The notes beneath the pieces are model-generated. The model did no database searches. It was not told where the DNA came from and saw nothing but the letters and a program-made list of their open reading frames with translations. The translations under genes and the position numbers were made by a program. A DNA stretch of 64,000 bases from Candidatus Bathyarchaeia archaeon (GTDB lineage Archaea; Thermoproteota; Bathyarchaeia; Bathyarchaeales; Bathycorpusculaceae): the NCBI GenBank assembly GCA_050010515.1, contig JBEKKX010000001.1, forward strand, positions 1 to 64,000, written 5' to 3'. Position 1 is the first letter of the stretch. Every line of letters begins with the position of its first letter. Positions 31,605-41,995 of the stretch are shown in pieces.

Positions 31605-31861
31605 ACAAAAGCGAAGCGTGCGCGTTCATAGAACACGCTTTTTCACTATCCTTTCAGATTCACAGCAAGATTGCTGTTCTTGTTTCCAATTCTTCTAAAA
31701 ACTCAAACCAACTTCCAAGTAAGAAGCCCACTAGGTGGCTTAATCACCTCTGTTGTCGCACTTCCATTGCATTATTATTCTCGTATCAAAATGGCTTTGC
31801 GCAATAGGAAGAACTTAGCAATAGGGAGAACTTGTTTCTGCGGTGCGTCTTCGAAATCCTC

Positions 31862-33073
31862 TCAAGTACTTGCGCGCGCGCCAGAGAGTTCATCGGTAAC
31901 ACTCTGAATCCTCTCCAGCGCCTCCTTCAACTTTTCTTCGCTTGCAGTCAAGGAGAACCTAATATATTTCTCGCCGCTCTTGTTCCTAGAAAAGGCCGTA
32001 CCAGGATATCCCAATACTTTCGCGTCTCTTGCAAGAAGCCTGGCAAATTCGGTTGATGACAAATTGTATCTCGACATATTCGCGTAAACATAAAAAGATC
32101 CTTGGGGTGGCTTGCAGGCAATCCCTATCCTGTTCAGACCAGCTACAAGAAGGTTCCTTCTTGACTCGTATTTCCGCCGCATCTCTTCTACGCACTCCTG
32201 TGAACCAGTCAGGGCCGCCAAGGCGGCCTTCTGGGAAATTGAGTTCACGCAGATGGTCAGTTGCGCATGTACTTCTTTAAGTGCCTTCATGAGGCTTTGG
32301 CTGGCTACAGCATAGCCTACTCTCCAACCAGTCATTGCATAAGACTTCGAGAAGCCAAATGTTGATATAGTGCGCTCTTTCATGCCTGGAAATGACGCGA
32401 TGCTGTGGTGCCTTGCACCGTCATAAACCAATTCTTCATAAACTTCGTCAGTCACGACTAAAAGGCCATGCCTGTTAGCTATTTCAGCTATCGCGCTGAG
32501 GTCCTCCTTAGTTAAGAGAGAACCAGTGGGGCAGTTTGGATCTATCAAGACTATTGCCTTTGTTTTGGAGGTGACTTTCTTTTCGATGTCATCTGGATCG
32601 AGACGGAAGTCCCTATTTTCTCTGAGTTCGATGTAAATTGGTGTCCCATCACCGAAAATCACAGCCAGAGGATGAGAATAGTAATAGGGATCGGCTACAA
32701 TTACTTCATCACCAGGTTCCACAATCGACAACATCGCCACGTTTATTGCTTCTTGCACACCTGCTGTGACCATTATCTCCGTTGATGGATCAACGTCGAA
32801 ACCATTCTTACTAGAAACCTTTTCAGCTATCGCGTTGCGCAGTTCATTTAGACCCTCTGGTGGTAAAACGTAATGGGTGAAGCCTTCGTCTATTGCCTTT
32901 TTAGCTGCTTCTCGGATATGTTTCGGAGTGGGAAAATCTGGCTCACCATATCCCAAATTAATTACGTCAGTTAAGCCCTCTATGCATTTCCTCACTTCAG
33001 CAATAACTCCAAATTTAGGGGACTTGATGGCTTCTGCCCTTTTCGAGAGTGAAACTATTCTATCAACCTTCAT
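31862..33073 (-). CDS. Class I/II PLP aminotransferase (aspartate/aromatic type)
   Basis: LGYGEPDF, PNCPTG, DEVYEEL, FSKSYAMTGWRVGY. Confidence 0.93.
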   Translation of the reverse strand: MKVDRIVSLSKRAEAIKSPKFGVIAEVRKCIEGLTDVINLGYGEPDFPTPKHIREAAKKAIDEGFTHYVLPPEGLNELRNAIAEKVSSKNGFDVDPSTEIMVTAGVQEAINVAMLSIVEPGDEVIVADPYYYSHPLAVIFGDGTPIYIELRENRDFRLDPDDIEKKVTSKTKAIVLIDPNCPTGSLLTKEDLSAIAEIANRHGLLVVTDEVYEELVYDGARHHSIASFPGMKERTISTFGFSKSYAMTGWRVGYAVASQSLMKALKEVHAQLTICVNSISQKAALAALTGSQECVEEMRRKYESRRNLLVAGLNRIGIACKPPQGSFYVYANMSRYNLSSTEFARLLARDAKVLGYPGTAFSRNKSGEKYIRFSLTASEEKLKEALERIQSVTDELSGARAST

Positions 33074-33131
33074 AGCGGATCTCTTCCAAGAGTAAACATT
33101 TCATTATCTTAGAGACGTATAAATTGCGTCC

Positions 33132-34280
33132 TTATAATTGTTTTAGAGATGTCAGAAACGCATCGAATCTTCTGAGTCCCTGCTCCAGGGATTCTGTGTC
33201 AATTGCAACCCCCAAGCGTATGTGCCCTTCTCCACCCGGAAAAGCTCCTCCAGGAGTAAATATGATTTTGTAGTCCAATGCACGTTTACAGAATTCTAAT
33301 GATTTCATGTCGTAGTGATATTTTGGAAAAGTGTTGTAGGACCCTCCGGGCGGTATCCAACTGATACATCCATTATGTTTCTTTATCCATTGATCGACTA
33401 GCTTTATGTTGGTTCTTCCAATGCGTTTTCCCGCTTCGACTAGTTCCTTGAACTTCTTCGGCTGAAGCGCGATTGTGGCTAATTTTTCACCCAAGAGATT
33501 CGTTGTTAAGGTACTGTAGACCCTGAAGATGTTGCATTTTTCAACAAATGCCTTGTCCCTGCATGCTAACCAGCCGATCCGCATTCCTTCCACTCCAAGT
33601 GTCTTGGACAGCCCAGCGGCGGTTATACCCTTGTCGCAGTAGTTGACTGCTGATGGGGAGACAACATTATCCCATTCAAGGTTTCTGTAGATTTCGTCTT
33701 GCAGAACCCAAGCGCCACAGTCCTCGGCAATTTCGCAAATCGCACGCATTTCGCTCTGGTCAAGCACGGAACCCGTGGGGTTGTTCGGATGACAAAGCCA
33801 AATCAACTTTGTCTTTGGCGTAACCAGATTCTTAAGTTCTTCCACATTAGGCTTCCACAGATTCTCTTCCTTGAGATATAGCATTTTGATCTGCGCACGG
33901 AGAATGTGTTTACACACAGCGTAACCTTGCATCCATTGGGGCATTTCAAGTATAACCTCATCTCCAGCGTCAACGGCTGCAAGCGCAGCAAGCATGTTTG
34001 CCTCGTTTGTCCCTGTAGTTACTATCACATTGTCAGTAGTCAAGTCCTCATAACTCTGAGATTCAATTATCCTTTCCCTAAGCTCCTTGGGTCCATAGTA
34101 GTCACGGGACCATGACATCACTGTTTCAGGGCTGATTCCTTCGGGGGCTATGTCTTTTATTGGGATTTCGCGGCAGGATTCCGTCATGCTTATCATTTCG
34201 CTTCTGTTAGGACGCGTCAGAAAGTATATCCACCAGTTGTGGAAATCATCAAGTGAAATGTCCAAATTCCATCCACTCAC
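33132..34280 (-). CDS. Class I/II PLP aminotransferase-like enzyme
   Basis: TTGTNEAN, HPNNPTG, DEIYR, LSKTLGVEGMRIGW, HIRLG. Confidence 0.9.
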   Translation of the reverse strand: MSGWNLDISLDDFHNWWIYFLTRPNRSEMISMTESCREIPIKDIAPEGISPETVMSWSRDYYGPKELRERIIESQSYEDLTTDNVIVTTGTNEANMLAALAAVDAGDEVILEMPQWMQGYAVCKHILRAQIKMLYLKEENLWKPNVEELKNLVTPKTKLIWLCHPNNPTGSVLDQSEMRAICEIAEDCGAWVLQDEIYRNLEWDNVVSPSAVNYCDKGITAAGLSKTLGVEGMRIGWLACRDKAFVEKCNIFRVYSTLTTNLLGEKLATIALQPKKFKELVEAGKRIGRTNIKLVDQWIKKHNGCISWIPPGGSYNTFPKYHYDMKSLEFCKRALDYKIIFTPGGAFPGGEGHIRLGVAIDTESLEQGLRRFDAFLTSLKQL

Positions 34281-34338
34281 GCTTTTCTTAAGTGTTATCT
34301 AATAGTTGGATTTTAGTTTTTTGTGGATATTCGTGTAA

Positions 34339-35367
34339 CTACTGTCTGAAATATGGAATAACTTCCTCCCCAAGTATCTTTATGCCTTCGGCCGTATTCC
34401 TTTGTCTTAACCATACCATAATGTGCCTAGGTTCTTTGTTGAAGCTTCTATGTAGCTTCTCTATGTGTTTTATCCAGTCTTCTGGTGTTCCAGCCATGCC
34501 CATGCTCATTATTTTCTTGCTTACCAAGTTTCGCTCCTCTTCAGCGCTGGGCTGTTCCGATGAGCTTTCAAAGGGCACAAGATCGGAAGGAACTAACCCA
34601 AATGTAGCCAATTTTTCTGTGTATGGCTTCCAGAAATTTGTGCCGAATATTTCTTCAACATTTTTCCAGCATTCCTTTTCTTCTTTGTCGATAAACCCAA
34701 AATGATGCGCAATAACATCGATGGTTGAGGGGTCCCTGCCAGCGATTTTCGCGCCATCATATACGTTTCTGAGGACATTTCCGAAATTTTCAGGCGGGTA
34801 AGTCAAAGCTATTCCACCGTCACCCAATTGGCCAATGAGCTGAAGCATTTTGGGTTTATTGGCCGCTATGTAAATCGGTATGTTTTCTCTAACAGGCTTA
34901 AACAGCAATTGTGCATCGTCGCTCCAGCCTTTAAAAATCTCCCCCTGGAAAGGTGTTCTTTTGCCTGCGAGGAGAGAACGTATGATTTGCACAGCCTCCT
35001 TGGTTGCCGTAACTGGCTTTTTTCTCTCAAACCCAATTTTGGACAATGCTCTTATTCCACAGCTTATTCCAAGCAGAAGTCGTCCATGAGAATACTCATC
35101 TAGGGTTGCAGCGGACATTGCTATTTCCGCAGGGCTCACTGAAAAAGGGTTGACGACGGAGGTCCCTAATCTTATCTCTTTGGTCTGTGCGGCAATAGCC
35201 GTCAAAATTACCCAAGCGTCTCTTTTGAATATGTCTTTACTCACAAAACATGCGTAGAAGCCGCACTTTTCAGCTAGTTTTGCATAGTTGACTATATTAT
35301 CCACTGGTTCGCCACTGGACAGCATTATGCTGAAGCGCAAATGATTTCCTCCATATTTGGCGTGCAC
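34339..35367 (-). CDS. Luciferase-like monooxygenase (LLM) family, Mer-like, probably F420-dependent oxidoreductase
   Basis: LGTSVVNP, ATLDEYSHGRLLLGI, IPIYIAANKPKMLQLIGQLGDG. Confidence 0.85.
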   Translation of the reverse strand: MHAKYGGNHLRFSIMLSSGEPVDNIVNYAKLAEKCGFYACFVSKDIFKRDAWVILTAIAAQTKEIRLGTSVVNPFSVSPAEIAMSAATLDEYSHGRLLLGISCGIRALSKIGFERKKPVTATKEAVQIIRSLLAGKRTPFQGEIFKGWSDDAQLLFKPVRENIPIYIAANKPKMLQLIGQLGDGGIALTYPPENFGNVLRNVYDGAKIAGRDPSTIDVIAHHFGFIDKEEKECWKNVEEIFGTNFWKPYTEKLATFGLVPSDLVPFESSSEQPSAEEERNLVSKKIMSMGMAGTPEDWIKHIEKLHRSFNKEPRHIMVWLRQRNTAEGIKILGEEVIPYFRQ

Positions 35368-35379
35368 GAGGTTAAAACA

Positions 35380-36420
35380 CTAATCCTCAAGAAATTGATC
35401 AATCCATTCTTTAACATAATGATTCATCCAGTTTTCAAATAAGCGATGAATGATTACCAGTTTTTCCCCCTCATATATCGCCTTTTTAGCAGAAATAGCG
35501 TGGACTATGCCGTCTACTGGTGCGCAGATTTCCTCCAGCGTTTTTCCAGCCGAGTTTTCAATTCTGCCTATGAGCTCTCCAGTTGAAACAACACCTCCGA
35601 TTTGTACCTTGGAATAGAACCGACCTTGATTCCTAGAATTGACCACGTAAGCTGGCTGAAGCTCCAACTGTGGTTTGCTGAGTCGGCGCTTTGGGGTGCC
35701 CTCGAGCATCCTCAAGTATTTCATAACGTTCTCTATTCCGGTCAAGTGCGCCGAAATATCTTTTTCGTCTCTTCTGTCCATGCCTATTCCGACGCTGGCA
35801 ACTATTGATGCTACACCATGCTTTGAAGCTTCTCTGATCAGTTGTCCATCGTCGACAAAATCTGATGCGGTGGTCAACAAAATGACTTCCGTTCCATAAG
35901 CATTAGCCAAGTATGCTTTTGCGTTGTCTAACTGGTTGCCAGTTTTGCAGTAGACAGTGTAATCGATTAGCATTTCATCTTTATTTCCGCTCCGAAGATC
36001 CACATGAAAACCTGATCTTGCGATTATCTCGTTTAGCAAGGTATAGGCGATAACCTGACTTACGGTTCCGTTAGGGTTACCTGGAAAACAATCGGATACA
36101 CTCAAACCATCAATTGGAGACTTGTGTGGGGACTGAAAATCGTGGCTTGGCACATCTACATATGGAACCGTTAAGAGTACACCGCTAAGCTTCTTCGGAT
36201 CCATACTTTCGTAAGTTCTAACAATTGCCTCTGCTGCGGAGTACATCAGCCCTCCATGGGTGCCTCCTGTTAAGCACAAGGTAGGCCCAGCCCTATAACC
36301 GTTCACTATTCCAAGAGGCATATCCGCAACATAGTTCGGGCTTTCGTAGACTCTTAGGTAGCCACTGGTTTTTTCGCCCGCCTTAGCTTCGATATTTCGA
36401 ATTTTTGTAGCTCCGTACAT
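35380..36420 (-). CDS. Succinylglutamate desuccinylase/aspartoacylase (M14)-like protein with degenerate active site
   Basis: GPTLCLTGGTHG, FPGNPNGT, HVDLRSG and a C-terminal biotinyl-like domain (EEICAPVDG). Canonical catalytic residues are altered. Confidence 0.75.
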   Translation of the reverse strand: MYGATKIRNIEAKAGEKTSGYLRVYESPNYVADMPLGIVNGYRAGPTLCLTGGTHGGLMYSAAEAIVRTYESMDPKKLSGVLLTVPYVDVPSHDFQSPHKSPIDGLSVSDCFPGNPNGTVSQVIAYTLLNEIIARSGFHVDLRSGNKDEMLIDYTVYCKTGNQLDNAKAYLANAYGTEVILLTTASDFVDDGQLIREASKHGVASIVASVGIGMDRRDEKDISAHLTGIENVMKYLRMLEGTPKRRLSKPQLELQPAYVVNSRNQGRFYSKVQIGGVVSTGELIGRIENSAGKTLEEICAPVDGIVHAISAKKAIYEGEKLVIIHRLFENWMNHYVKEWIDQFLED

Positions 36421-36439
36421 TTTCTGAATCTTCTCAGTG

Positions 36440-37390
36440 CTATCCGGATAGGAACAAGTAACTTTTGATTTTGTTTTTGTCCAAAACTACTAGGACGCTT
36501 CGCAGTACTCCTTCTGAGTATTCGCTCCCAGGGTTCAAGCAAGGCGTGTTACCGATCTTGAAAAATCCTTTTGATTCATGAATATGACCATGTAGACCCA
36601 AAAGGGGCTGATATTTCTCTATAGCTTGCCGAACTGCTTTGCTTCCCGCCGGAATGTAAGATGGTTGACCATCCCTGATCACTGGTTTCAGATTTGCATC
36701 CAATTCTGGCGCAATGTCAATTATGCTATTGTAGGGCGGACAGTGAAGATTAAATATGCAGTTTTTAATGTCCTTGACTTGCGAGACCATAATTTCTATC
36801 CTGCTGTGCAGTTCCTCTTCGGAAATATCTCTTGGGCAATTAAACGGGGTAGAATTTGAATACCCGCAACTTATCATTTCGTGATGGTCATCGATCATGA
36901 CAACTTTCCCTTCAGGGCAAATCACCCTCTCAGAATCCCCAAAAGCATTGTCGATGGTCAAACTATCATCATTTCCTGGTGACATGAAGCATTTAACGTC
37001 AGTGCCTCTCAACCGACTTTCGGCAAATTGCACCCATTTCTTCACCCTTTGAACCATTAACTCTGAGAACAACTTGGTAACTTTTTCTGGATCACTGTCC
37101 AATTCCTTTTTTTCCTCTATAGTTGTTCTGTAGGGGTAAAAACCCGTGTCTTCAATCTTCTTCTCAAGGGATCTTAGCCCATCCTTGTCTGTTAACACGT
37201 TTGAGCCTAAAAAAGTCGTCTTCACAGTTCCATCGGGCTGTTCGACCAAAGGAATGATGATCTTCCCAGTTATGTCTCCCCCGAGGATAATTACGTTAGC
37301 CTTGTAGAAGGCGGCAGAGTTCACGAATTTGACAAAGGTCTTTTCAGACCCATGCACGTCTGAGGCAAAAACAATCCGTGTATCTGGCAT
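36440..37390 (-). CDS. Calcineurin-like metallophosphoesterase
   Basis: SDVHGS, GGDITGK, PGNDD, HCPP, LHGHIHES, NPGSEY. Confidence 0.92.
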   Translation of the reverse strand: MPDTRIVFASDVHGSEKTFVKFVNSAAFYKANVIILGGDITGKIIIPLVEQPDGTVKTTFLGSNVLTDKDGLRSLEKKIEDTGFYPYRTTIEEKKELDSDPEKVTKLFSELMVQRVKKWVQFAESRLRGTDVKCFMSPGNDDSLTIDNAFGDSERVICPEGKVVMIDDHHEMISCGYSNSTPFNCPRDISEEELHSRIEIMVSQVKDIKNCIFNLHCPPYNSIIDIAPELDANLKPVIRDGQPSYIPAGSKAVRQAIEKYQPLLGLHGHIHESKGFFKIGNTPCLNPGSEYSEGVLRSVLVVLDKNKIKSYLFLSG

Positions 37391-37419
37391 TCTAGGGGCA
37401 TCCCGTCTCTCATCTGTTA

Positions 37420-38082
37420 CTATTCAACTAGGTCAACGGCAATTGCTCTCGCTTCTGCTCCACCACAGCCCGCCAGCTTTATGGGTAATACTATGAAGAA
37501 CCACCTGTCTTTGTTCAATAACGCGTCCAAATTGACTAATGTCTCTACGTTCCAGATGTTTGCCTTCATAAGAGTTTCATGCGCACTTCTTGTTGATGGT
37601 TCCACATAGGGGTCGATTCCCAAGGCGTCAATTCCGATGCCCTTCACACCTTTTTCCACAAACCACTTGGCAGCGCCTTCGGTCAGGCCTGGGAACTCAT
37701 ACATGTATTCCCTTGTGAAACCCATCTTGTTGCACCATCCTGTATAGATAAAAACGATGTCGCCTTTCTTAACTTTGGAGCCATGCTTTTCCAAGTCTTC
37801 CGGCACGATAAGTTCCTTAGGCTTTTTGTAAGAAAGATTAACAACGGTTCCATCTCCTAAGAAGCTCGCCACAGGTATTCGATCGATTGGCACACCATTT
37901 TCAAGCATATGAAGTGGCGCGTCCATGTGCGTCCCTGTGTGTGTGTGAAAAGTCACAACCTCAACCGTTCCGGTAGGAGGACCTATGTATATCTTATGTA
38001 TTTGTGGTGCAGGCGAACCGGGCCAGACTACGCCATCATGCTCAATTGGTGCAGAAAGATCTATTACTTTTAAGATTCTCAT
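37420..38082 (-). CDS. Cyclase family metal hydrolase (kynurenine formamidase KynB-like)
   Basis: HTGTHMDAPLH (HxGTHxD), GIDALGID, VETL, LPIKL..GGAEARAIA. Confidence 0.9.
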   Translation of the reverse strand: MRILKVIDLSAPIEHDGVVWPGSPAPQIHKIYIGPPTGTVEVVTFHTHTGTHMDAPLHMLENGVPIDRIPVASFLGDGTVVNLSYKKPKELIVPEDLEKHGSKVKKGDIVFIYTGWCNKMGFTREYMYEFPGLTEGAAKWFVEKGVKGIGIDALGIDPYVEPSTRSAHETLMKANIWNVETLVNLDALLNKDRWFFIVLPIKLAGCGGAEARAIAVDLVE

Positions 38083-38174
38083 CTTGACCTCAATCCTTCT
38101 GAAAATAGTTCATATATGCGATTAAAAAGGTTATGGGAGGAACAAAAAAAAGGGAGAATTTCACTTGCGCGCGC

Positions 38175-39779
38175 TTACTCAGGCGGAATTTCCTTGAAGG
38201 TTAGATCCAGCGGTACACCCTTGGATTTGTGGTAAACATATGATATGCTATAGATTAGTATCGCAGCGACAGCTATGGCCACTATCATTACATAGGACTC
38301 TACAGGAACCGTACCCACGAAAGATGGGGTCAAACTTGCTATTGCTATGAACATAGAGTAGGCAAAGCCGATTATTCCCAATATTGAAATCACAGGGATC
38401 CCCAGTACTTTCCTTTTCACTGCAGCAGGAGAGCGTTCAAACAATTCCTTCAGTCTAAAGGGAAATAGCGCGCCTGCCAGACAGCCAATACCGAACGCTA
38501 TGTAATTCGCGAAGGCTCCCCATATGACGAATTTGTAGAAGCTTGTGTAGAGAAACAGGTATGCACCGATGATGGCCCATATTGTCGAGATCAGTATTGC
38601 ATAGTAAGGCGCATGGAATCTTTTATCGACGCTTGCGACTTTTGTTGGTAAAACCCTGTCAAAGGCATAGGCAAAGAAGTTACGGGCACATATGAAGACA
38701 CCTGCAGGAATTGCAGTGAAGCATGTTCCTATTACTGCAAGGCTGGCTAAGACGACGATTATCACGTTTGGACTTGAAAACACAATCATGTAGTTTAACG
38801 CAGGTTCAGGAAATGCAAGCGGGTATGCTTTGTTTCCTGTCTCAGCTAGAAATGATAGCGAGGAGTAGAATGGTTGTCCCATTGCATTGTATGCGCCAGC
38901 ATATATAAGATACATAAGCAAGCCGAACAGTAACGCCGCGCCAACCATTCCATAGAGCTGGCTCTTTCTAACCTGCTTGACCTCTCCGCTAATGCTTGCA
39001 GAATAAGTAAAACCAGCATAGTTAAGCGCCGTGTAAATTGATCCTAGTAGTGTAGCACCCAGCAATATACCTGTTCCATAGCCCGCAGTATGAGCAACAC
39101 TTATTATGCTTTGATAGGAAGCTCCAGTTAACCTTTCGAAATTGGATACAAACACATGTTGCGGCGTTACAAAGGACACCACGATGTAAGTGAGCACGCC
39201 TAACATTGATATTAAGAAGCCGGAAATTTGAACCCTAAAAGCAGCTTTTGTGCCAAAGAACATCGGGACTACAAGTAAGATGATCACGGCGACTGCAATG
39301 ATGAAGCTCCATGGAGTGGATGAAACGGTCAAACCTAGCTTAGTTAAACCAGAGTTGTTGCTCGCCAGACCCGCAGCCATCAACATAACAGCGATTCCAT
39401 AATATGATGCCATACCAGCAACCATGCCCAAGAACGTGCTTATGACGGCAGTCATGTAAAAGTTGCCTATGAAGCCCAGAATGGGATGAATAATCCGGCT
39501 CGTCCAAATGTAGTCACCACCACTTCTAGGCATAGCCTGCGAAAGAAGCAGATAGGTAAAGGCAATAGCGATGCTTGGAAGGATGGCTACGGCAACAGTG
39601 GCTGGAAGATCTACTCCCGGAAACAGATTTTCAGCCCACATACTATAAAGGAACACGTAGCCTATTCCCATAAGTACCATGTTCACTGTCAACACGTCAA
39701 ATGCTGTAACTTGTCGCACTAGTCCACTAGCAGCTCTAGCAAAGTATTTTGTTTCTTCTTTCTTTTCTTCCTTTTCCAT
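38175..39779 (-). CDS. APC-family amino acid/amine permease
   Basis: FARAASGLVR, MPRSGGDYIW, about 12-14 hydrophobic segments, FDRVLP, C-terminal FKEIPPE. Confidence 0.92.
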   Translation of the reverse strand: MEKEEKKEETKYFARAASGLVRQVTAFDVLTVNMVLMGIGYVFLYSMWAENLFPGVDLPATVAVAILPSIAIAFTYLLLSQAMPRSGGDYIWTSRIIHPILGFIGNFYMTAVISTFLGMVAGMASYYGIAVMLMAAGLASNNSGLTKLGLTVSSTPWSFIIAVAVIILLVVPMFFGTKAAFRVQISGFLISMLGVLTYIVVSFVTPQHVFVSNFERLTGASYQSIISVAHTAGYGTGILLGATLLGSIYTALNYAGFTYSASISGEVKQVRKSQLYGMVGAALLFGLLMYLIYAGAYNAMGQPFYSSLSFLAETGNKAYPLAFPEPALNYMIVFSSPNVIIVVLASLAVIGTCFTAIPAGVFICARNFFAYAFDRVLPTKVASVDKRFHAPYYAILISTIWAIIGAYLFLYTSFYKFVIWGAFANYIAFGIGCLAGALFPFRLKELFERSPAAVKRKVLGIPVISILGIIGFAYSMFIAIASLTPSFVGTVPVESYVMIVAIAVAAILIYSISYVYHKSKGVPLDLTFKEIPPE

Positions 39780-39912
39780 TCTTTTTCTTTCTCCAATTCA
39801 TGATTCTGCGGTATTCTTTTTAAGCTTTTAGTAAGCACTGCTGAGCTAAAGAGACAATGCTTATACGGTTGACACCGTATCCGTAAAGGTCTACGATGAG
39901 AGAGGGAGTCTA

Positions 39913-40680
39913 GTGCCGGATGAAAAAAGCCTTGAACTGATGAAAGAAGCATTGTCCATAGTTGAGGAAGCAAAAAAGAATAAGGTAACACTCAGGATGT
40001 TGGGAGCCATAGCCTTTAGAACACACTGCCATAAACATGAATTCCTTTACGATGCGTTGGCTAGAGAAATCTCAGATATTGACTTTGTTGGTCATGCAGA
40101 AGACATCGAAAAAATCGAAAAAATCCTCAAGGATTTTAACTACGAATCGCCCAAAGGAATGCTTGGGGGTCTTACACACCCGGATAGACTTATATTCTAT
40201 AACCCCTCGAGAAAAATTACTGTTGACGTGTTTTTGGATCAACTTTCCATGTGCCACATCATTGATTTCAAGAGCCGCTTGGAAGTTGATTACCCAACAA
40301 TTCCGTTGGCTGAACTTCTGCTAGAAAAGATGCAGATTGTAAAAATTAACGAGAAAGACTTGAAGGATACGACGATTCTTTTTTTGGAGCACGATTCAGG
40401 CAGTGGAGACAATGAAGTTATTAACGAAAAGCTGATTTCTTCATTACTATCCGATGACTGGGGATTCTATTATACAGTAACAACGAACCTGAAGAAGGTT
40501 ATCAATTATCTCTCGACAACCAAAATCATTACGGAGCCTCAAAAGGAGCTTATAGAGTATCGCATTGGAAGACTAGTTCAAGCCATAGAAAGCCATCCTA
40601 AATCATTCAAGTGGAAAATGCGTGCTAGACTTGGAAACAAGAAGAAATGGTATGCAGACGTAGAAGAAGTTGAACAGTGA
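39913..40680 (+). CDS. Nucleotidyltransferase-superfamily (pol-beta-like) protein, paralog 1
   Basis: LRMLGAIAF...SDIDF...VDVF acidic triad pattern; LLLEKMQIV.INEKD; divergent from the permease operon. Confidence 0.7.
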   Translation: MPDEKSLELMKEALSIVEEAKKNKVTLRMLGAIAFRTHCHKHEFLYDALAREISDIDFVGHAEDIEKIEKILKDFNYESPKGMLGGLTHPDRLIFYNPSRKITVDVFLDQLSMCHIIDFKSRLEVDYPTIPLAELLLEKMQIVKINEKDLKDTTILFLEHDSGSGDNEVINEKLISSLLSDDWGFYYTVTTNLKKVINYLSTTKIITEPQKELIEYRIGRLVQAIESHPKSFKWKMRARLGNKKKWYADVEEVEQ

Positions 40681-40688
40681 GTGACAGC

Positions 40689-41807
40689 CTAACGCAGTGT
40701 TCGACTCAACTTGTCTATTTGTTCAAGCCCCTTCTTCACCATTTCCTCGTCTATTTGTCCAACTCCTAACCGTATGTGGTCATCAAAGTCGTAGGCTATT
40801 CCAGGCATTGTCAATGTTCTGTAGGGTTCTGCAAGCAATTTCTTGCAAAACGCTTCTGAGCCTATTTTGAGGTTAAACTTTGGAAAAGATAGAAATCCGG
40901 CTTTCGGCTTTACCCAGCTGAAGAATTCACTTTTTGAAATCCATTCTTCAACAACCTTCCAATTTCTGCTTCCCTGTTCTTTCGCTTCGTCAATCAGCCT
41001 GTAGTATTTTTCAGGTTTAAGCGCCGCCAAAGCAATGTATTCTCCGAGGACGTTCATTATTTCGCTCGTGCCTTCTCGAAGTATCATACATTTATCGATT
41101 AGCTTCTTATCCCTCGTGGCCATCCAGCCTATCCTCAACCCTTGCATTCCAAGGGCTTTGGAAACGCTTGAAGTGCTTATGGCCTTATCATAATAATCGG
41201 CTGCTGCCGGAGACAGGCAACCATACTCTGTGCCTCTGTAGACTTCGTCCGAGAGCAAGTAAGCTCCGTTGTCCTTTGCGATTTCGCAGAGCCTCTTCAT
41301 ATCTTTCTCATCGAAAACAGCGCCAGTTGGGTTGTTGGGAGAGGCCACAAAGATCAACTTTGTTTTACGAGTAACCAGCTCGTTCAGTTCATCAAAGTTG
41401 TAGCCCCATTCTAAATCTTCCCTGCGCATCATCACCTTAATCTTGGCACCTAAGGCCTCACATAACTTGAAAGGTTGAGGCCAACCCGGCTTCTCCAGAA
41501 CGACTTCGTCTCCCGGATTCACAGTCTGCATGATCACGAGAAAGTTGGCTTCGTTCGCGCCAGCTGTGATGAAAACGTTTTCCTCTGCATAATCTTTGTA
41601 TTTCATCATGCTAATGACGCGCCTCCTTAATTCAGGCATTCCGTAGTAAGATTTCGCAGACCAGTCCAGCACTAAGTTCGGGTCAAGATCATCAAGGAAC
41701 TCCTTTAACTTCGGAGAAGATCTCAGCGAGGTTATTAGTGGATACTTGCAACCAAGTTCGTGGGAGTAAAGGAACCACTCGAATAGTTTATTGATCTTAA
41801 TTTCCAA
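40689..41807 (-). CDS. Class I/II PLP aminotransferase-like enzyme (paralog of 33132..34280)
   Basis: TAGANEAN, SPNNPTG, DEVYR, VSKALGMQGLRIGW, HIRLG. Confidence 0.9.
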   Translation of the reverse strand: MEIKINKLFEWFLYSHELGCKYPLITSLRSSPKLKEFLDDLDPNLVLDWSAKSYYGMPELRRRVISMMKYKDYAEENVFITAGANEANFLVIMQTVNPGDEVVLEKPGWPQPFKLCEALGAKIKVMMRREDLEWGYNFDELNELVTRKTKLIFVASPNNPTGAVFDEKDMKRLCEIAKDNGAYLLSDEVYRGTEYGCLSPAAADYYDKAISTSSVSKALGMQGLRIGWMATRDKKLIDKCMILREGTSEIMNVLGEYIALAALKPEKYYRLIDEAKEQGSRNWKVVEEWISKSEFFSWVKPKAGFLSFPKFNLKIGSEAFCKKLLAEPYRTLTMPGIAYDFDDHIRLGVGQIDEEMVKKGLEQIDKLSRTLR

Positions 41808-41995
41808 TTCTCCAGCCTCGCCTAAACTATTTTCCTATGATTCATATAAGACTTGTCTATGCATGCGCATGCTCACTTATGCCTCGCTATTGAAATGAGT
41901 ACCTCAATTACAAGGTTTCTACTACAGTTAATACATCAAGATTTACAAAAGGGATACTTGAGTTGGTGATTCACGGGGCCGTTTTTCTGGCTTTC

